A DNA stretch of 49,906 nucleotides from Opitutaceae bacterium (GCA_947471115.1 CANIXX010000001.1:1-49906); one strand, 5' to 3'; counted from the first letter of the stretch, positions 36,801-46,386 are shown. The notes: generated by a model from the sequence alone, not told the origin. Numbers and translations: made by a program.

Positions 36801-36899
36801 CCCCGCGCCATCCCCAGTCTGGGCCGAAAGCGAAGCCACCGGTAGCGTACTCGCTACCAGGCACCAGCGCGTAGACCTTAGTAAAAGTGGGCGAAGCAT
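33804..36899 (-). CDS. Hybrid multi-PAS sensor histidine kinase with receiver domain
   Basis: N-terminal TM, four PAS-like domains, LAGGIAHDFNNLL, NAVQAM, DTGEG, FTTK, GLGL, MDDE...IMDLT. Confidence 0.93.
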   Translation of the reverse strand: MLRPLLLRSTRWCLVASTLPVASLSAQTGDGAGMADLLVPWIVPAVGVLALGVPLAWWLNARLRSQVGRHRQALHASEVRLRSLFEHAPVAIVETDFSAVTAWLNELRRRSLIDLDAFLLAHPAMVAEQFKQVRVVDANRIVLRLSGVANVADYVASLRSEPTPDALAAFVAQLKCLWAGESEMTRELNNRGFDGLPGHSLMHWSAPVVEGHPDYSRVQVAFTDLSGLRAAEGKLQDVEDRWRLAVMGINAGIWEFDFATKETFVSERWQEIIGYSSTEMVNPGEDFWPRIHPDDAKDVKSKLQAYLAGKSPSYAAEFRMRCKDGHYKWIRSQAMALFDLSDKPIRMVGSHTDIDERKRGEDQLRASEARYRVLFENSPVAIIEYDLRGLRAWLAGLRAEGVADFNTYADAHPEVFNHTLNGVVLTGVNNATFRLVGAADKAEVFASLSRIVTRDVVMVRRALCQALWDGRTAIEGEMQINAIDGTPRRVFYRWWVPSLGGEPNYAWSQVVLVDLTDIKRTEAALASERERLAVTLRAMAESVITTDVQGRVLFLNEAACELTGWTATTAMGRLLEEVCVLRHEKSRQALPPLAEAAISSDRVADLPARTALFDRTATPRLVEGRCAPIHDLHNQAIGAVLVLRDVTERARLEAEILRASKLESVGVLAGGIAHDFNNLLTVVMGNITLAMLDEKVMAAAGRWLQNAEVGVMRARDLTHQLLTFARGGEPVRSAVNLPDIIKEAAQFALHGSKARCDFTIDEGLWTADVDKGQIGQVVQNLVLNAVQAMPEGGVIQIGLANQRLGQATVAQLGAGEYLCVTLQDTGEGIPAENLPHIFEPYFTTKKSGNGLGLAMVYSIIRRHSGHIEAESELGRGTRFRFWLPAVPGVIAVPNEVAPAPQTYTGRVLFMDDEEPIRLMVSALLQRLGFRVVLAVDGQEALSLYFEALAAHARFDLVIMDLTVPGGMGGKEAMLELRKRDPSVKGLVSSGYSSDPIMANFRAHGFNGMVAKPYRLTELAKAIRAVMDDPQG

Positions 36900-37061
36900 A
36901 ACAGGGAACGTAAAGTCTCCGCCAAAATGCGTCTCCCTGCCCTCCGGTGTCGAGGCGCAACCTCAGTGTCCGCTACGGGTCCACTCAGAAGTCCCGCTTC
37001 AAACGGCGCCTCCCGTTAATTTATCAAGGGGCACGCCTCAACCCACCGTAAAACCCCTCGC

Positions 37062-37343
37062 ATGAAATCATTACTCACCGCTCTGCTAATCCTCGGTCTC
37101 GCCTCCGCCGGTCTCAAAGCCGCCGATAGCCCCGCCGCTACCTACCCGCTGTCCACCTGCGTCGTCTCGGGCGAAGGCCTCAACGACATGGGCGCCCCGA
37201 TCGACTACGTTTACAAACAAGAGGGTAAACCTGACCGCCTGGTTAAATTCTGCTGCAAGCAGTGCACCGGTAAATTCAAGAAAGACCCCGTCAAGTACTT
37301 GTCCAAACTCGACGCCGCCGAGGCCGCAGCAGCCAAGAAATAA
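37062..37343 (+). CDS. Secreted YHS/TRASH-like metal-binding protein
   Basis: Signal peptide; CVVSGE...FCCKQC...F...P.KY. Confidence 0.75.
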   Translation: MKSLLTALLILGLASAGLKAADSPAATYPLSTCVVSGEGLNDMGAPIDYVYKQEGKPDRLVKFCCKQCTGKFKKDPVKYLSKLDAAEAAAAKK

Positions 37344-37356
37344 GACGGCCGGGGAC

Positions 37357-37455
37357 TGACCAATGGCCAATGCCCCAAAGGCCAACTTCATCCCTCAACG
37401 TCCACCCCACGTTCCCCCCTCGCCTAAAGGATAACATTGGGCATTGGTCCTTTGC
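37357..37455. repeat. Inverted heptamer-repeat arms (CCAATGN / CATTGGN)
   Basis: TGACCAATGGCCAATGCCCCAAAGGCCAA ... CATTGGGCATTGGTCCTTTG. Confidence 0.6.
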
Positions 37456-37488
37456 TTCCGACCTCCGTCGATCCCTCCGAAAGCCACC

Positions 37489-38781
37489 ATGTCTGCTCCC
37501 AGCATCCTGCGCCGCTGCGCTCTCGCCTTGATGCTGGGCTGCGGCTCTCTCTTCGCCGCCACCACCGAAGCAGTCACGCCCTCCGCGTCTCCCCATACCG
37601 CCCCCACGCCGCTTACGCTTCCCGAGGTGTTCGCCGCCATTCGCGACCACCACCCGGCCCTCGCCGCCGCCCGCGCCTCCACCGAGGCCGCCCGCGCCCG
37701 CGTCGACATTGAAAAAGCCTGGATGGACCCGCGCCTCGGCTTCGACGTCAAACGCGACAACACTCGCCTTGCCAATTACTCCGAGCTGGAGGCCACCGTT
37801 TCCCAGGAAATCCCTCTCAGCGGCCGCGCCAAACTGCGCGGCCAGGCCGCAACCGCCGAGACCGCCGTCGTCTCAGCCCAGGGTCGCCAGCGCGAATGGA
37901 TGCTGCTCAATCAGGCCCGCCTCGCCTTCACCCGGCTGGCCGCCACCGACGAGCGCCTTTCCCTCAACACCCGCCTGCATGACAACCTCGTGCAATCGCG
38001 CGCCCTCGCCCGCCTCGCTTACGAAACCGGCCAGCGCACCCAGATAGACCTGCTCACGCTCGAAACCGACCTCATTAAAACCGACGGCGAACGGACTGAG
38101 TTAACCAGCCAGCGCCTGCAGGAAGTCGCCTCGCTCAACGCCTTGATGCTCCGCCCGGTCGAGACCGGCATCGCCCCGCTCACCTTGCCTGCACCGGTCC
38201 TGCCGGCGATGGCGCTCGGTGACGCCGTGGCCCGCGCCCGCGTCATGAGCCCGGAGATCACCGTTGCGCTCCGCGAACTCGATGCCGCCAGCGCCAAGCT
38301 CGCCGTCGTCCGCAAAAACCGCGCGATTGATCCCGAGGTTTCCTTCACCGCCCGGCAGATGAACAACTCTGGCCAGGTGCTCAGCAGTTATGACACCGGC
38401 ATCTCGTTTTCCGTCCCGTGGGCCAATCCCGGCCGCACTCGCGCTGAGTTGATTGAGGCCCGCAGCCGTATTACCGCTGCCCGCGCCGAGGCCGACGCCA
38501 GCGAGGCCGACATCGCCGGCAGGGTTGCCGCCGCCCACACAAGAGCCACCGCCAGTTTCACTCAGGTGAAACGCTACCAAGACGAACTCTTGCCGCTCTC
38601 CCGCGCATCCGCCGACGCCGCTCGCCGCGACTACGAAACCGGCCGCGCCGCCCTGCCGTCCGTGCTCACCGCCCAGCGCATGACACTGGAAAGTGAACTC
38701 CAATTGATCACTGCCCGCGCCGAACAATCCCTCGCCATCGCCGAGCTCTGCTTCCTCACCAGCCAAGACGTACAGCCATGA
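37489..38781 (+). CDS. TolC family outer-membrane efflux protein (CusC-like)
   Basis: HPALAAAR, SQEIPLSG, YETG motif twice; overlaps the next gene (ATGA). Confidence 0.88.
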   Translation: MSAPSILRRCALALMLGCGSLFAATTEAVTPSASPHTAPTPLTLPEVFAAIRDHHPALAAARASTEAARARVDIEKAWMDPRLGFDVKRDNTRLANYSELEATVSQEIPLSGRAKLRGQAATAETAVVSAQGRQREWMLLNQARLAFTRLAATDERLSLNTRLHDNLVQSRALARLAYETGQRTQIDLLTLETDLIKTDGERTELTSQRLQEVASLNALMLRPVETGIAPLTLPAPVLPAMALGDAVARARVMSPEITVALRELDAASAKLAVVRKNRAIDPEVSFTARQMNNSGQVLSSYDTGISFSVPWANPGRTRAELIEARSRITAARAEADASEADIAGRVAAAHTRATASFTQVKRYQDELLPLSRASADAARRDYETGRAALPSVLTAQRMTLESELQLITARAEQSLAIAELCFLTSQDVQP

Positions 38782-40061
38782 AAGCCTCCGCCATTTTCGC
38801 CTTCGTTCTCGTCGCGGCAGCTGCCGGCGGCACCGGTTACTACGCCGCCAAGCACCCGCTCACACTGGGCTTGAGTGCCAGCCAACCAGCGGCTGGCAAT
38901 GGCGCTCCGGCCGCACGTAAAATCAAATTCTACCAGTCGCCGATGCATCCGTGGATCAAGTCGGACAAGCCCGGCAAGTGCACCATCTGCGGCATGAATC
39001 TCGCCCCCGTTTATGAGGGCGAAGCTGGCTTCGCCACCGAGGGCAACGTCATCACGCTCCCCGCCACCACGCTCTCCGTCATCGGCGTGCAAACCTCCGA
39101 AGTCCGCCGCGCCCCGCTCAGCCGCACCCTGCGTGTCACCGGCGTCATCGACGACGACGAGACCCGCCACCGCTACCTTGCCAGTTACACCGACGCCCGC
39201 CTCGAAAAACTTTTCGTCCACACCACCGGCGTCGAGGTAACTGAGGGCCAGCCGCTCGCGGTCGTTTACAGCCCGGACTTGTTGACCGCGCGGCAGGAAT
39301 TCCACGCGTTGGCAACCGCCACGCCTAACTCGCCGCTGCTAGCCCCAGCCCGCGAAAAACTCCGCCGCCTCGGCTTGCTCGATTCGCAAATCGACGTGCT
39401 TGCCACGTCCGCCGAAGTCACCCGCGAAACCGAAATCCTAGCCAACAAGACCGGCACCGTAGTTGCCCGCAGCGCAACCGTCTACGAAGGCGGCTACGTG
39501 AAGGCCGGCGAAATGCTTTTTGCCATCGGCGACTTTTCTAAAATGTGGTTCATCTTCGATGCTTACGAAGCCGACTTTCCCGCGCTGAAAACGACCACCC
39601 GCGTCGATATCAACGTGCCGTCGCTGCCCGGCCAGACCTTCACCAGCCCGGTGGCGTTTATCGACCCGAACCTTAACGAAATGACCCGTACGGCCAAAGT
39701 CCGCGTGATCTTGGACAACGCCGATCGCCGCCTGCTTCACAAACAGACCGCTACGGCGCGAGTCGTCAGCGAGTCGCCCGCCGCGCTGCTGGTCCCCCGT
39801 AGCGCGGTGCTATTTACCCAGCGAGAACCGGTGGTTTACCTCGATCAAGGCGGCGGCGGCTACGAGGCGCGCACGGTAAAAATCGGCCGCGCAGGCGACG
39901 ACGCCTACGAGGTGCTTTCCGGCCTCGAAGAAGGCGACCAGGTCGTCACCCAAGGTGCGCTGCTGATCGACGCCCAGGCCCAAGTGGCCCACTCAGCGCA
40001 AGGCTCCCCTCCCGCAGCTCCAGCAGCACAAGCCCACGAACACCCCGCCACCACCAAATGA
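38778..40061 (+). CDS. cusB: Efflux RND periplasmic adaptor, CusB-like with heavy-metal-binding domain
   Basis: YQSPMHP...PGKCTICGMNL, YSPDL...Q.E, TRTAKVR, GLEEGDQVV. Confidence 0.9.
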   Translation: MKASAIFAFVLVAAAAGGTGYYAAKHPLTLGLSASQPAAGNGAPAARKIKFYQSPMHPWIKSDKPGKCTICGMNLAPVYEGEAGFATEGNVITLPATTLSVIGVQTSEVRRAPLSRTLRVTGVIDDDETRHRYLASYTDARLEKLFVHTTGVEVTEGQPLAVVYSPDLLTARQEFHALATATPNSPLLAPAREKLRRLGLLDSQIDVLATSAEVTRETEILANKTGTVVARSATVYEGGYVKAGEMLFAIGDFSKMWFIFDAYEADFPALKTTTRVDINVPSLPGQTFTSPVAFIDPNLNEMTRTAKVRVILDNADRRLLHKQTATARVVSESPAALLVPRSAVLFTQREPVVYLDQGGGGYEARTVKIGRAGDDAYEVLSGLEEGDQVVTQGALLIDAQAQVAHSAQGSPPAAPAAQAHEHPATTK

Positions 40062-40113
40062 GCCGCCTTACCCGAGCCCACCAGCCCCCCTCCACGGGGC
40101 CTTGTTCTGTAAT

Positions 40114-40162
40114 CATTGGTAATTGGTCATTGGCCATTGGGCATTGGGCATTGGTCATTGGT
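40114..40162. repeat. Seven tandem CATTGGN heptamers
   Basis: CATTGGT AATTGGT CATTGGC CATTGGG CATTGGG CATTGGT CATTGGT. Confidence 0.85.
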
Positions 40163-40200
40163 TCTTGCCCCCTGCCCATTGTTCATTCGGCGCAGCCGTC

Positions 40201-43200
40201 ATGATCGCTTTCATCATCCGCTGGTCCCTGCGCAACCGCTTTCTCGTGGTGGCCGCCCTCGTCGGGCTCTGCGCCTGGGGCGTGGTCGCCCTGCGCACCG
40301 TGCCGGTGGACGCCATTCCCGACCTGTCTGAAAACCAGGTCATCGTCTACGCCGACTGGCCCGGCCGCTCGCCGCAGGAGGTCGAAGACCAAATCACTTA
40401 CCCGCTCTCCGTCTCCCTCCAAGGTCTCGCCGGCGTCAAAACTGTGCGCGCCACCTCGATGTTCGGGTTCTCCTTTTTAACCGTCATCTTTGGCGACGAG
40501 GTGGACAACTATTTTGCCCGCACCCGTGTCCTCGAACGCCTCAATTCCCTCGGCGAACTCTTGCCCACCGGCATCGTTGCCCGACTCGGTCCTGACGCCA
40601 CCGGACTCGGCTGGATCTACCAATATTATTTAAACGACGCCTCGGGGAAACAGGACCTCGGCTCGTTGCGCACGTTGCAGGACACGTTTGTCCGCTACCA
40701 ACTCGCCTCCGTTCCCGGTGTGGCCGAGGTCGCTTCTATCGGCGGTTTCACTCGCCAATACCAAATCGAGGTCTCGTCGCTGAAGTTGAAACAATTCGGC
40801 GTGCCGCTCGGCGAAGTCATGGACGCGGTCGCCGCCTCCAACGCCAACGTCGGCGGCAAAACGCTGGAGGAAAACGGCGCCGAGTTCATCGTGCGCGGCG
40901 TCGGTTTGGTCACTTCGTCGGCCGATTTGGAAAACCTGCCGCTCATGGCGCGCGGCGGTACGCCGTTGTACCTGCGCGACGTCGCTACGGTGAGCATCGG
41001 CGGCGATTTCCGCCGTGGCGCGCTCGATGTGGACGGCCGCGAAGTGGTCGGCGGCATCGTCGTCATGCGGTACGGCGAAAACGCCCACAAGGTGATCCAA
41101 GACGTCAAAACCCGCCTCGACGCGCTCGCCTCGGGCCTGCCCGCTGGGGTGACGATCGCGCCATTCTACGACCGCAGTGACCTCATCGACCGCGCCTTGG
41201 AAACCCTCAAACACGCGCTTTGGGAAGAGATCATTTTGGTGACGCTCGCCCACATTTTATTCCTGTTTCACTTCCGCAGCATCCTGATCGTCACGCTGCC
41301 GCTGCCCGCCTCGATCCTCATCGCGTTTATCCTGATGAAGGAATTCGGCATCCCCTCGCACATCATGTCGCTGACCGGCATCGCCATCTCTATCGGCGTG
41401 CTGGTGGACGCCGGCATCGTCATGACCGAAAACGTCATCCGCCACTGCGAGCGCGCCGAGGAGGAACTACGCCGCCGACTCACGCCGCCTGAGGTGTTTC
41501 AACACACGCTGGACGCCGCGACCCAGGTGGGCCGGCCGATGTTTTTTTCGATGATGATCATCATTCTGGCCTTCGTGCCGGTTTTCATGCTCTCCGGCCA
41601 AGAAGGTAAACTCTTTCACCCGCTCGCCTACACCAAGTCCTTCGCCCTGCTCGGTGCCGTGCTACTGGCGATCACCGCCGTACCGGTTTTTTGCACCTGG
41701 TTGGTACGCGGACCGTTCAAACCCGAGAGCGAAAACTGGCTGATGAAGAGCCTGCTGAAGGTTTACGATCCCACGCTTAACTGGGCGCTGATTCACCGCA
41801 AAACGGTGCTCGTCCTCGCCTCGCTGCTGCTGGGCTTCGCCTGCATTCTCGCCTTCGGTTTGCCCAAGAAAGTAACTTTGGCGTTTGAGCGTTGGGGTTT
41901 GGATTTTCCCGCTCGTCTTACGAGCGGTTTCGGCAGCGAGTTCATGCCGACGCTGGAGGAAGGCTCGCTGTTGTTCATGCCCGTGCTGCTGCCGTCCACC
42001 TCGCTCACCGAGGTGAAACGCATCATGAGCTGGCAGGACAAGGTCATCGCCGCCCACCCCGAAGTTGCCTCGGTCGCCGGCAAACTCGGCCGCGCCGACA
42101 CCGCCACTGACCCGGCGCCTGTTGAGATGATTGAAACCACCATCTTGCTCAAACCGCCTTCCCAGTGGCGTGCCGGAGTGACCAAGGACCAGATCATTTC
42201 CGAACTCACCGACCGCCTCACCCAAGTTCCCGGATACGTCCCTGGGTTTCTCCAGCCGATCGAGAACCGCGTGCTCATGACCAGTACTGGCATTCGCGCC
42301 CAGGTTGGGGTTAAGGTTTTTGGCGACGACCTCGACGCGCTCCAGCTAAAGGCCTTCGAAATCGAAAAGGTAATTAACCAAATTCAAGGCGCCACCGGCG
42401 TCGCTCCGTCGAGGGTCCAAGGAAAACCCTATTTGGAAATCGTCGCCCGCCGCGACCTGATGGCCCGTTACGGCCTGCGGGTGGCCGATGTGTTCAAGTA
42501 CGTCGAAACCGGCCTCGGCGGCAGTGTCGCGAGCACCACGATCAAAGGCCGCGAGCGTTGGCCGATCCAAGTCCGCCTCGACCGGGCCGACCGCGACGAC
42601 ATGGAAAAATTGAGCGACCTGCTGATCCCTACGCCGTCGGGTCCGATGGTGCCGCTGCGCCAGATCACCGACATCAAGCGCGTGATCGGACCGAGTGAAA
42701 TCCAAAGTGAAAACGGCCGCCTGCGGGTCTTCGTGCAAGCCAATGTGCAAGGCCGTGACCTCGGCGGCTTCGTCGACGAGATCAAGGAGCACGTGGACCG
42801 CGACGTGAAGCTCGGGCCGGGCATGACCATCGAGTATTCAGGCCAATACGAACACCAGTTGCGGGCCCGCGAGACGCTGGCCTACGTGTTTCCGGCGGTG
42901 ATTTTGATTATCTTTATTTTGCTGGTGATGACCTTCCGCAGCGTGCCGGAAGCGGCGCATGTGATCCTCGCGGTGCCCTTTGCGCTGACCGGCGGCGTGA
43001 TTTTACAGGCGATTCTGGGGTTTAACTTCAGCGTGGCTGTATGGGTGGGTTACATCGCGCTGTTTGGTACCGCGATTCAGACCGGCGTGGTCATGGTGGT
43101 TTATCTGGAGGAATCGGTGTTGGCGTTACGCAAAGAGCTCGGCCGCGAGTTGACCCGTCCCGAATTGATCACGGCGATCAAAGCCGGTGCCCGCCTGCGC

Positions 43201-43407
43201 TTACGCCCGAAGGTGATGACGGTGGCGACGACGGTGGCCTCGTTGCTGCCGATCTTCTGGAGCACGCGCACGGGGGCCGAGGTGATGCAACCGATCGCCG
43301 CGCCGGTGATCGGCGGCATGTTGTCCTCGCTGGTGCACATCCTCGTGGTGACCCCGGTGATCTTTGCGTGGTTGCACGAACGGAAATTGGCACCGAGCCA
43401 GACCTGA
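40201..43407 (+). CDS. cusA: CusA/CzcA family heavy-metal RND permease
   Basis: DAIPDLSENQVIV, GPDATGLGW, GSEFMPTLEEG, DPAPVEMIET, RLRPKVMT. Confidence 0.95.
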   Translation: MIAFIIRWSLRNRFLVVAALVGLCAWGVVALRTVPVDAIPDLSENQVIVYADWPGRSPQEVEDQITYPLSVSLQGLAGVKTVRATSMFGFSFLTVIFGDEVDNYFARTRVLERLNSLGELLPTGIVARLGPDATGLGWIYQYYLNDASGKQDLGSLRTLQDTFVRYQLASVPGVAEVASIGGFTRQYQIEVSSLKLKQFGVPLGEVMDAVAASNANVGGKTLEENGAEFIVRGVGLVTSSADLENLPLMARGGTPLYLRDVATVSIGGDFRRGALDVDGREVVGGIVVMRYGENAHKVIQDVKTRLDALASGLPAGVTIAPFYDRSDLIDRALETLKHALWEEIILVTLAHILFLFHFRSILIVTLPLPASILIAFILMKEFGIPSHIMSLTGIAISIGVLVDAGIVMTENVIRHCERAEEELRRRLTPPEVFQHTLDAATQVGRPMFFSMMIIILAFVPVFMLSGQEGKLFHPLAYTKSFALLGAVLLAITAVPVFCTWLVRGPFKPESENWLMKSLLKVYDPTLNWALIHRKTVLVLASLLLGFACILAFGLPKKVTLAFERWGLDFPARLTSGFGSEFMPTLEEGSLLFMPVLLPSTSLTEVKRIMSWQDKVIAAHPEVASVAGKLGRADTATDPAPVEMIETTILLKPPSQWRAGVTKDQIISELTDRLTQVPGYVPGFLQPIENRVLMTSTGIRAQVGVKVFGDDLDALQLKAFEIEKVINQIQGATGVAPSRVQGKPYLEIVARRDLMARYGLRVADVFKYVETGLGGSVASTTIKGRERWPIQVRLDRADRDDMEKLSDLLIPTPSGPMVPLRQITDIKRVIGPSEIQSENGRLRVFVQANVQGRDLGGFVDEIKEHVDRDVKLGPGMTIEYSGQYEHQLRARETLAYVFPAVILIIFILLVMTFRSVPEAAHVILAVPFALTGGVILQAILGFNFSVAVWVGYIALFGTAIQTGVVMVVYLEESVLALRKELGRELTRPELITAIKAGARLRLRPKVMTVATTVASLLPIFWSTRTGAEVMQPIAAPVIGGMLSSLVHILVVTPVIFAWLHERKLAPSQT

Positions 43408-43605
43408 TTCAGTAGGGTTTTGGCAGGCGAGAGCGTTTTGCGTTAAACGGTAGCCATCTTAACCTGCAATATTTTGGTGTTCCTTTACCCTTTCATTGGG
43501 TTGAACCCAGGTTCTGCTGCGGTTCCCTCCCCCGGATCGCCGCCAACTTCGGGTTTTTAGAGCGGTTTCTGCATGGACTCAGAACCCTAGTTAATACCCT
43601 GATTT

Positions 43606-43652
43606 CCACTATATGTGGGGGTTGACCGTTTATTTTGCCCAATATGTGGTGG
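43606..43652 (+). promoter_or_regulatory. Tandem NrdR boxes overlapping the RNR promoter
   Basis: CCACTATATGTGGGGG (43606) and GCCCAATATGTGGTGG (43637), 31 bp apart, with TTGACC between them. Confidence 0.8.
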
Positions 43653-43782
43653 CGCTCGATTTCGCGGGTAGACGAGTTATCTTGGTGAAACCAAGGCCTG
43701 CCGCGCGAAGAACTCCACGCTTTGGCCTGGGCCTCACGCTCGGGCCAATTTGCCCAAAACCTTTCCTCGAACTTTTTCCCCT

Positions 43783-46287
43783 ATGTCCTCCGAATCCGAT
43801 TTTATCCGCCCCGCCGCCCCCGCCCACGGTGCCAAGCTGTTGCAACGCCACATCCCCGCCGCCGAGCGCCAAGTCATCAAGCGCGACGGTTCGCTTGTTC
43901 GCTATGACCAAAACAAGGTCACCCGTGCCATCGCCCTGGCATTCCGCGAGGTTTTTGCCAACAACACCCCCAATCCCTACCGCGACGACCTGTTGGCGTG
44001 CTTCGGGTTGGATAGCGACCGCTTCATCGCTGCGGCCAAGATCGCCGAGGCGGTTTCGAAGATGCTCGAGCTGTACTATCGGCAGGGCACTCACCCCACG
44101 ATCGAACAGGTGCAGGACGCCGTGGAGAAATCCATCGCCGCAGCCGGCCACTGGGAGGTGGCCCGCTCCTATATGCTCTACCGCGAACGGCATGCGCTCA
44201 CCCGCCTCGCCAATTACAATCAGAGCGGTCTGGCCGACTATATCGCCATGGCCAAATACTCCCGCTACCGCGCCGAACTGGGCCGGCGGGAAACGTTTAC
44301 CGAGGGCGTCGAGCGTGTGGAGGAGATGCACCAGAGGTTCTTTCAGGCCAAGTTGGCTCAGAGGTTGCCCGCCGAATTATCTGCGGCAATCACCGCGCTG
44401 GCCGGCGACAACGCCACGTTGTTGACGCGTCAGCTCTGCGGCAAGGAACTGGGCGAGGTGATCGAGCAGGTTTTTGCCGATGTGGCTGCAAAGCGCATCC
44501 TCCCGAGCATGCGCTCGATGCAGTTTGGCGGCGAAGCCATCCTCAAAAACCACAGCCGCATGTTCAATTGCAGCTTTTCCAACGTCGATCGAGTGGAGTT
44601 TTTTCGTGAATACTTCTTCCTTCTGCTGAGCGGCTGTGGCGTGGGTTTTTCGGTGCAGAAACACCACGTCGCGTTGCTCCCGTCGCTGCCCTCGCGCCTG
44701 CCGGCCCACGATTTACCGGTCTGGCATTACGCGGTTGTGGACACGATCGAGGGTTGGGCCGATGCCCTGCACGCGCTTTTCGTTTCGTTCTACGAGGGTA
44801 AGAAAATCGAGTTTAACTACTCAGGTGTGCGCTCGCGCGGCACGCCCCTGCGCACCTCGGGTGGCAAGGCCCCGGGCCATCTCCCGCTCAAGCAGGCCCT
44901 CACGCGCATCGAGGGGATTCTCGATCAGGCGGCAGGCCGCACCCTGCGGCCGATCGAGGTCTATGATATCAACATGTTTGTCGCCAAGGCTGTGCTCGCC
45001 GGCGGTATTCGCCGCTCGGCGACGATCTGTCTGTTTTCCCCCGACGACGAAGAGATGATGGACGCCAAGACGGGCAACTGGTTCGAAACCCATCCTCAGC
45101 GCTCCGCCTCCAATAATTCCGTTTCCCTCGCCCGTTCGGCCGACAACGCGGTGTATTTCCACCGCCTATTCAAAGCCCAAAAGGAGTTCGGCGAGCCCGG
45201 CTTCTTCTTTTGCGACCACCCCGATGCGGGCTGCAATCCCTGCGCCGAAATCAATCTGCTGCCGGTCATCGACTGGGAGCTTTCCGGCGAGGAACTGAGC
45301 AAGCTGTTTGCTTGGGGCTACAAAGGCGACCTGCCCGGTACCACCCGGCTTTCGGGTTTTCAGCATTGCAACCTCACCACCATCAACAGCCGCGCCGCGA
45401 CCACCCCTGAAAAGTTCTTCGAGGCGTGTATCGCCGCAGCCACCGTGGGCACCTTGCAGGCCGCCTACACCGACATGCCCTACCTTGGCGCGATCACCCG
45501 GCTGATCAATGAACACGATGCGCTCCTGGGCGTTTCCATCTGCGGCTTCATGGACAACCCCCGCGTTCTCTTTGACCCCGAGATCCTGCGTGCGGGCGCG
45601 AGCCTTTGCCGGGCAACCAACCGCCTCGTGGCCGAGGCCATCGGTATTCGGCCCGCCGCCAAGATCACCACCTGCAAACCCGAGGGCACCGCTTCGCTGC
45701 TGCTCGACGCCGCCTCTGGCATCCACCCGCACCACGCCCGCCACTACTTCCGACGCGTGCAAGCCAATCGCAAGGAGCCGATCTACGCGTTCTTCAAAAA
45801 CCTCAATTCACAGATGACCGAGCCATCGGTTTACAGCCCTCAAACCGACGACGTGATCACCTTCCCGGTGTCGGCACCGGAGGGCGCGATCCTGCGCAAA
45901 GACCTCAATGCGATCCAGTTTTTGCAACTGGTGATGCTGGTGCAGCAGTCGTGGGTGATTCCCGGCGGCGACCCCGAGTCACGCAGCTCAACCTTGCATC
46001 ACAACGTCTCCAACACCTGCACGGTGCGCGCCGACGAGTGGGCAGCGGTGGCGGATTTTATCTGGTCGAATCGGGCGCTGTTTACGGGCGTGTCGCTGTT
46101 GCAGGATGCGGGCGACAAAGTGTACGCGCAGGCTCCGCGCGAAGAGGTCTCTACCGACGCTGATATCGCCAAGTGGAACGCCCTGCGTCCCCGTCCCGTG
46201 GATTACACCCAACTGCATGAGCACACTGACGAAACCAGCCTTAAGGACATCGTTGCCTGCGCCGGCGGAGCCTGTGAGTTGGCGTGA
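43783..46287 (+). CDS. nrdJ: Class II (B12-dependent) ribonucleotide reductase with N-terminal ATP cone
   Basis: VIKRDG...IEQVQDAVE ATP cone; PSMRSMQFGG, FNCSF, GGIRRSA, NPCAEI, KPEGT, C-terminal CAGGAC; no nrdB nearby. Confidence 0.85.
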   Translation: MSSESDFIRPAAPAHGAKLLQRHIPAAERQVIKRDGSLVRYDQNKVTRAIALAFREVFANNTPNPYRDDLLACFGLDSDRFIAAAKIAEAVSKMLELYYRQGTHPTIEQVQDAVEKSIAAAGHWEVARSYMLYRERHALTRLANYNQSGLADYIAMAKYSRYRAELGRRETFTEGVERVEEMHQRFFQAKLAQRLPAELSAAITALAGDNATLLTRQLCGKELGEVIEQVFADVAAKRILPSMRSMQFGGEAILKNHSRMFNCSFSNVDRVEFFREYFFLLLSGCGVGFSVQKHHVALLPSLPSRLPAHDLPVWHYAVVDTIEGWADALHALFVSFYEGKKIEFNYSGVRSRGTPLRTSGGKAPGHLPLKQALTRIEGILDQAAGRTLRPIEVYDINMFVAKAVLAGGIRRSATICLFSPDDEEMMDAKTGNWFETHPQRSASNNSVSLARSADNAVYFHRLFKAQKEFGEPGFFFCDHPDAGCNPCAEINLLPVIDWELSGEELSKLFAWGYKGDLPGTTRLSGFQHCNLTTINSRAATTPEKFFEACIAAATVGTLQAAYTDMPYLGAITRLINEHDALLGVSICGFMDNPRVLFDPEILRAGASLCRATNRLVAEAIGIRPAAKITTCKPEGTASLLLDAASGIHPHHARHYFRRVQANRKEPIYAFFKNLNSQMTEPSVYSPQTDDVITFPVSAPEGAILRKDLNAIQFLQLVMLVQQSWVIPGGDPESRSSTLHHNVSNTCTVRADEWAAVADFIWSNRALFTGVSLLQDAGDKVYAQAPREEVSTDADIAKWNALRPRPVDYTQLHEHTDETSLKDIVACAGGACELA

Positions 46288-46325
46288 GTCGGGCGGTCCG
46301 GCGGCGTAACGCTGCTTCAGGAAAC

Positions 46326-46364
46326 GAAAACCCCCGGTCGTCGAAACGACCGGGGGTTTTCTTT
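46326..46364. terminator. Bidirectional Rho-independent terminator
   Basis: GAAAACCCCCGGTCGT-CGAA-ACGACCGGGGGTTTTC between convergent nrdJ and pdhC. Confidence 0.85.
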
Positions 46365-46386
46365 GGGACTGAGAAGACGTTCTCTG

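Noticed and set aside
15628-40162. Short repeats as CRISPR arrays
   Set aside because: No regularly spaced direct repeats with unique spacers and no cas genes
40123-40200. N-terminal extension of CusA (VIGHWALGIGHW) in the ORF track
   Set aside because: It is the translation of the heptamer repeat; the family-typical start is ATG 40201
43408-43782. Cobalamin riboswitch upstream of nrdJ
   Set aside because: No recognisable B12-box or GGGAA...GCCACTG core; NrdR boxes explain the regulation
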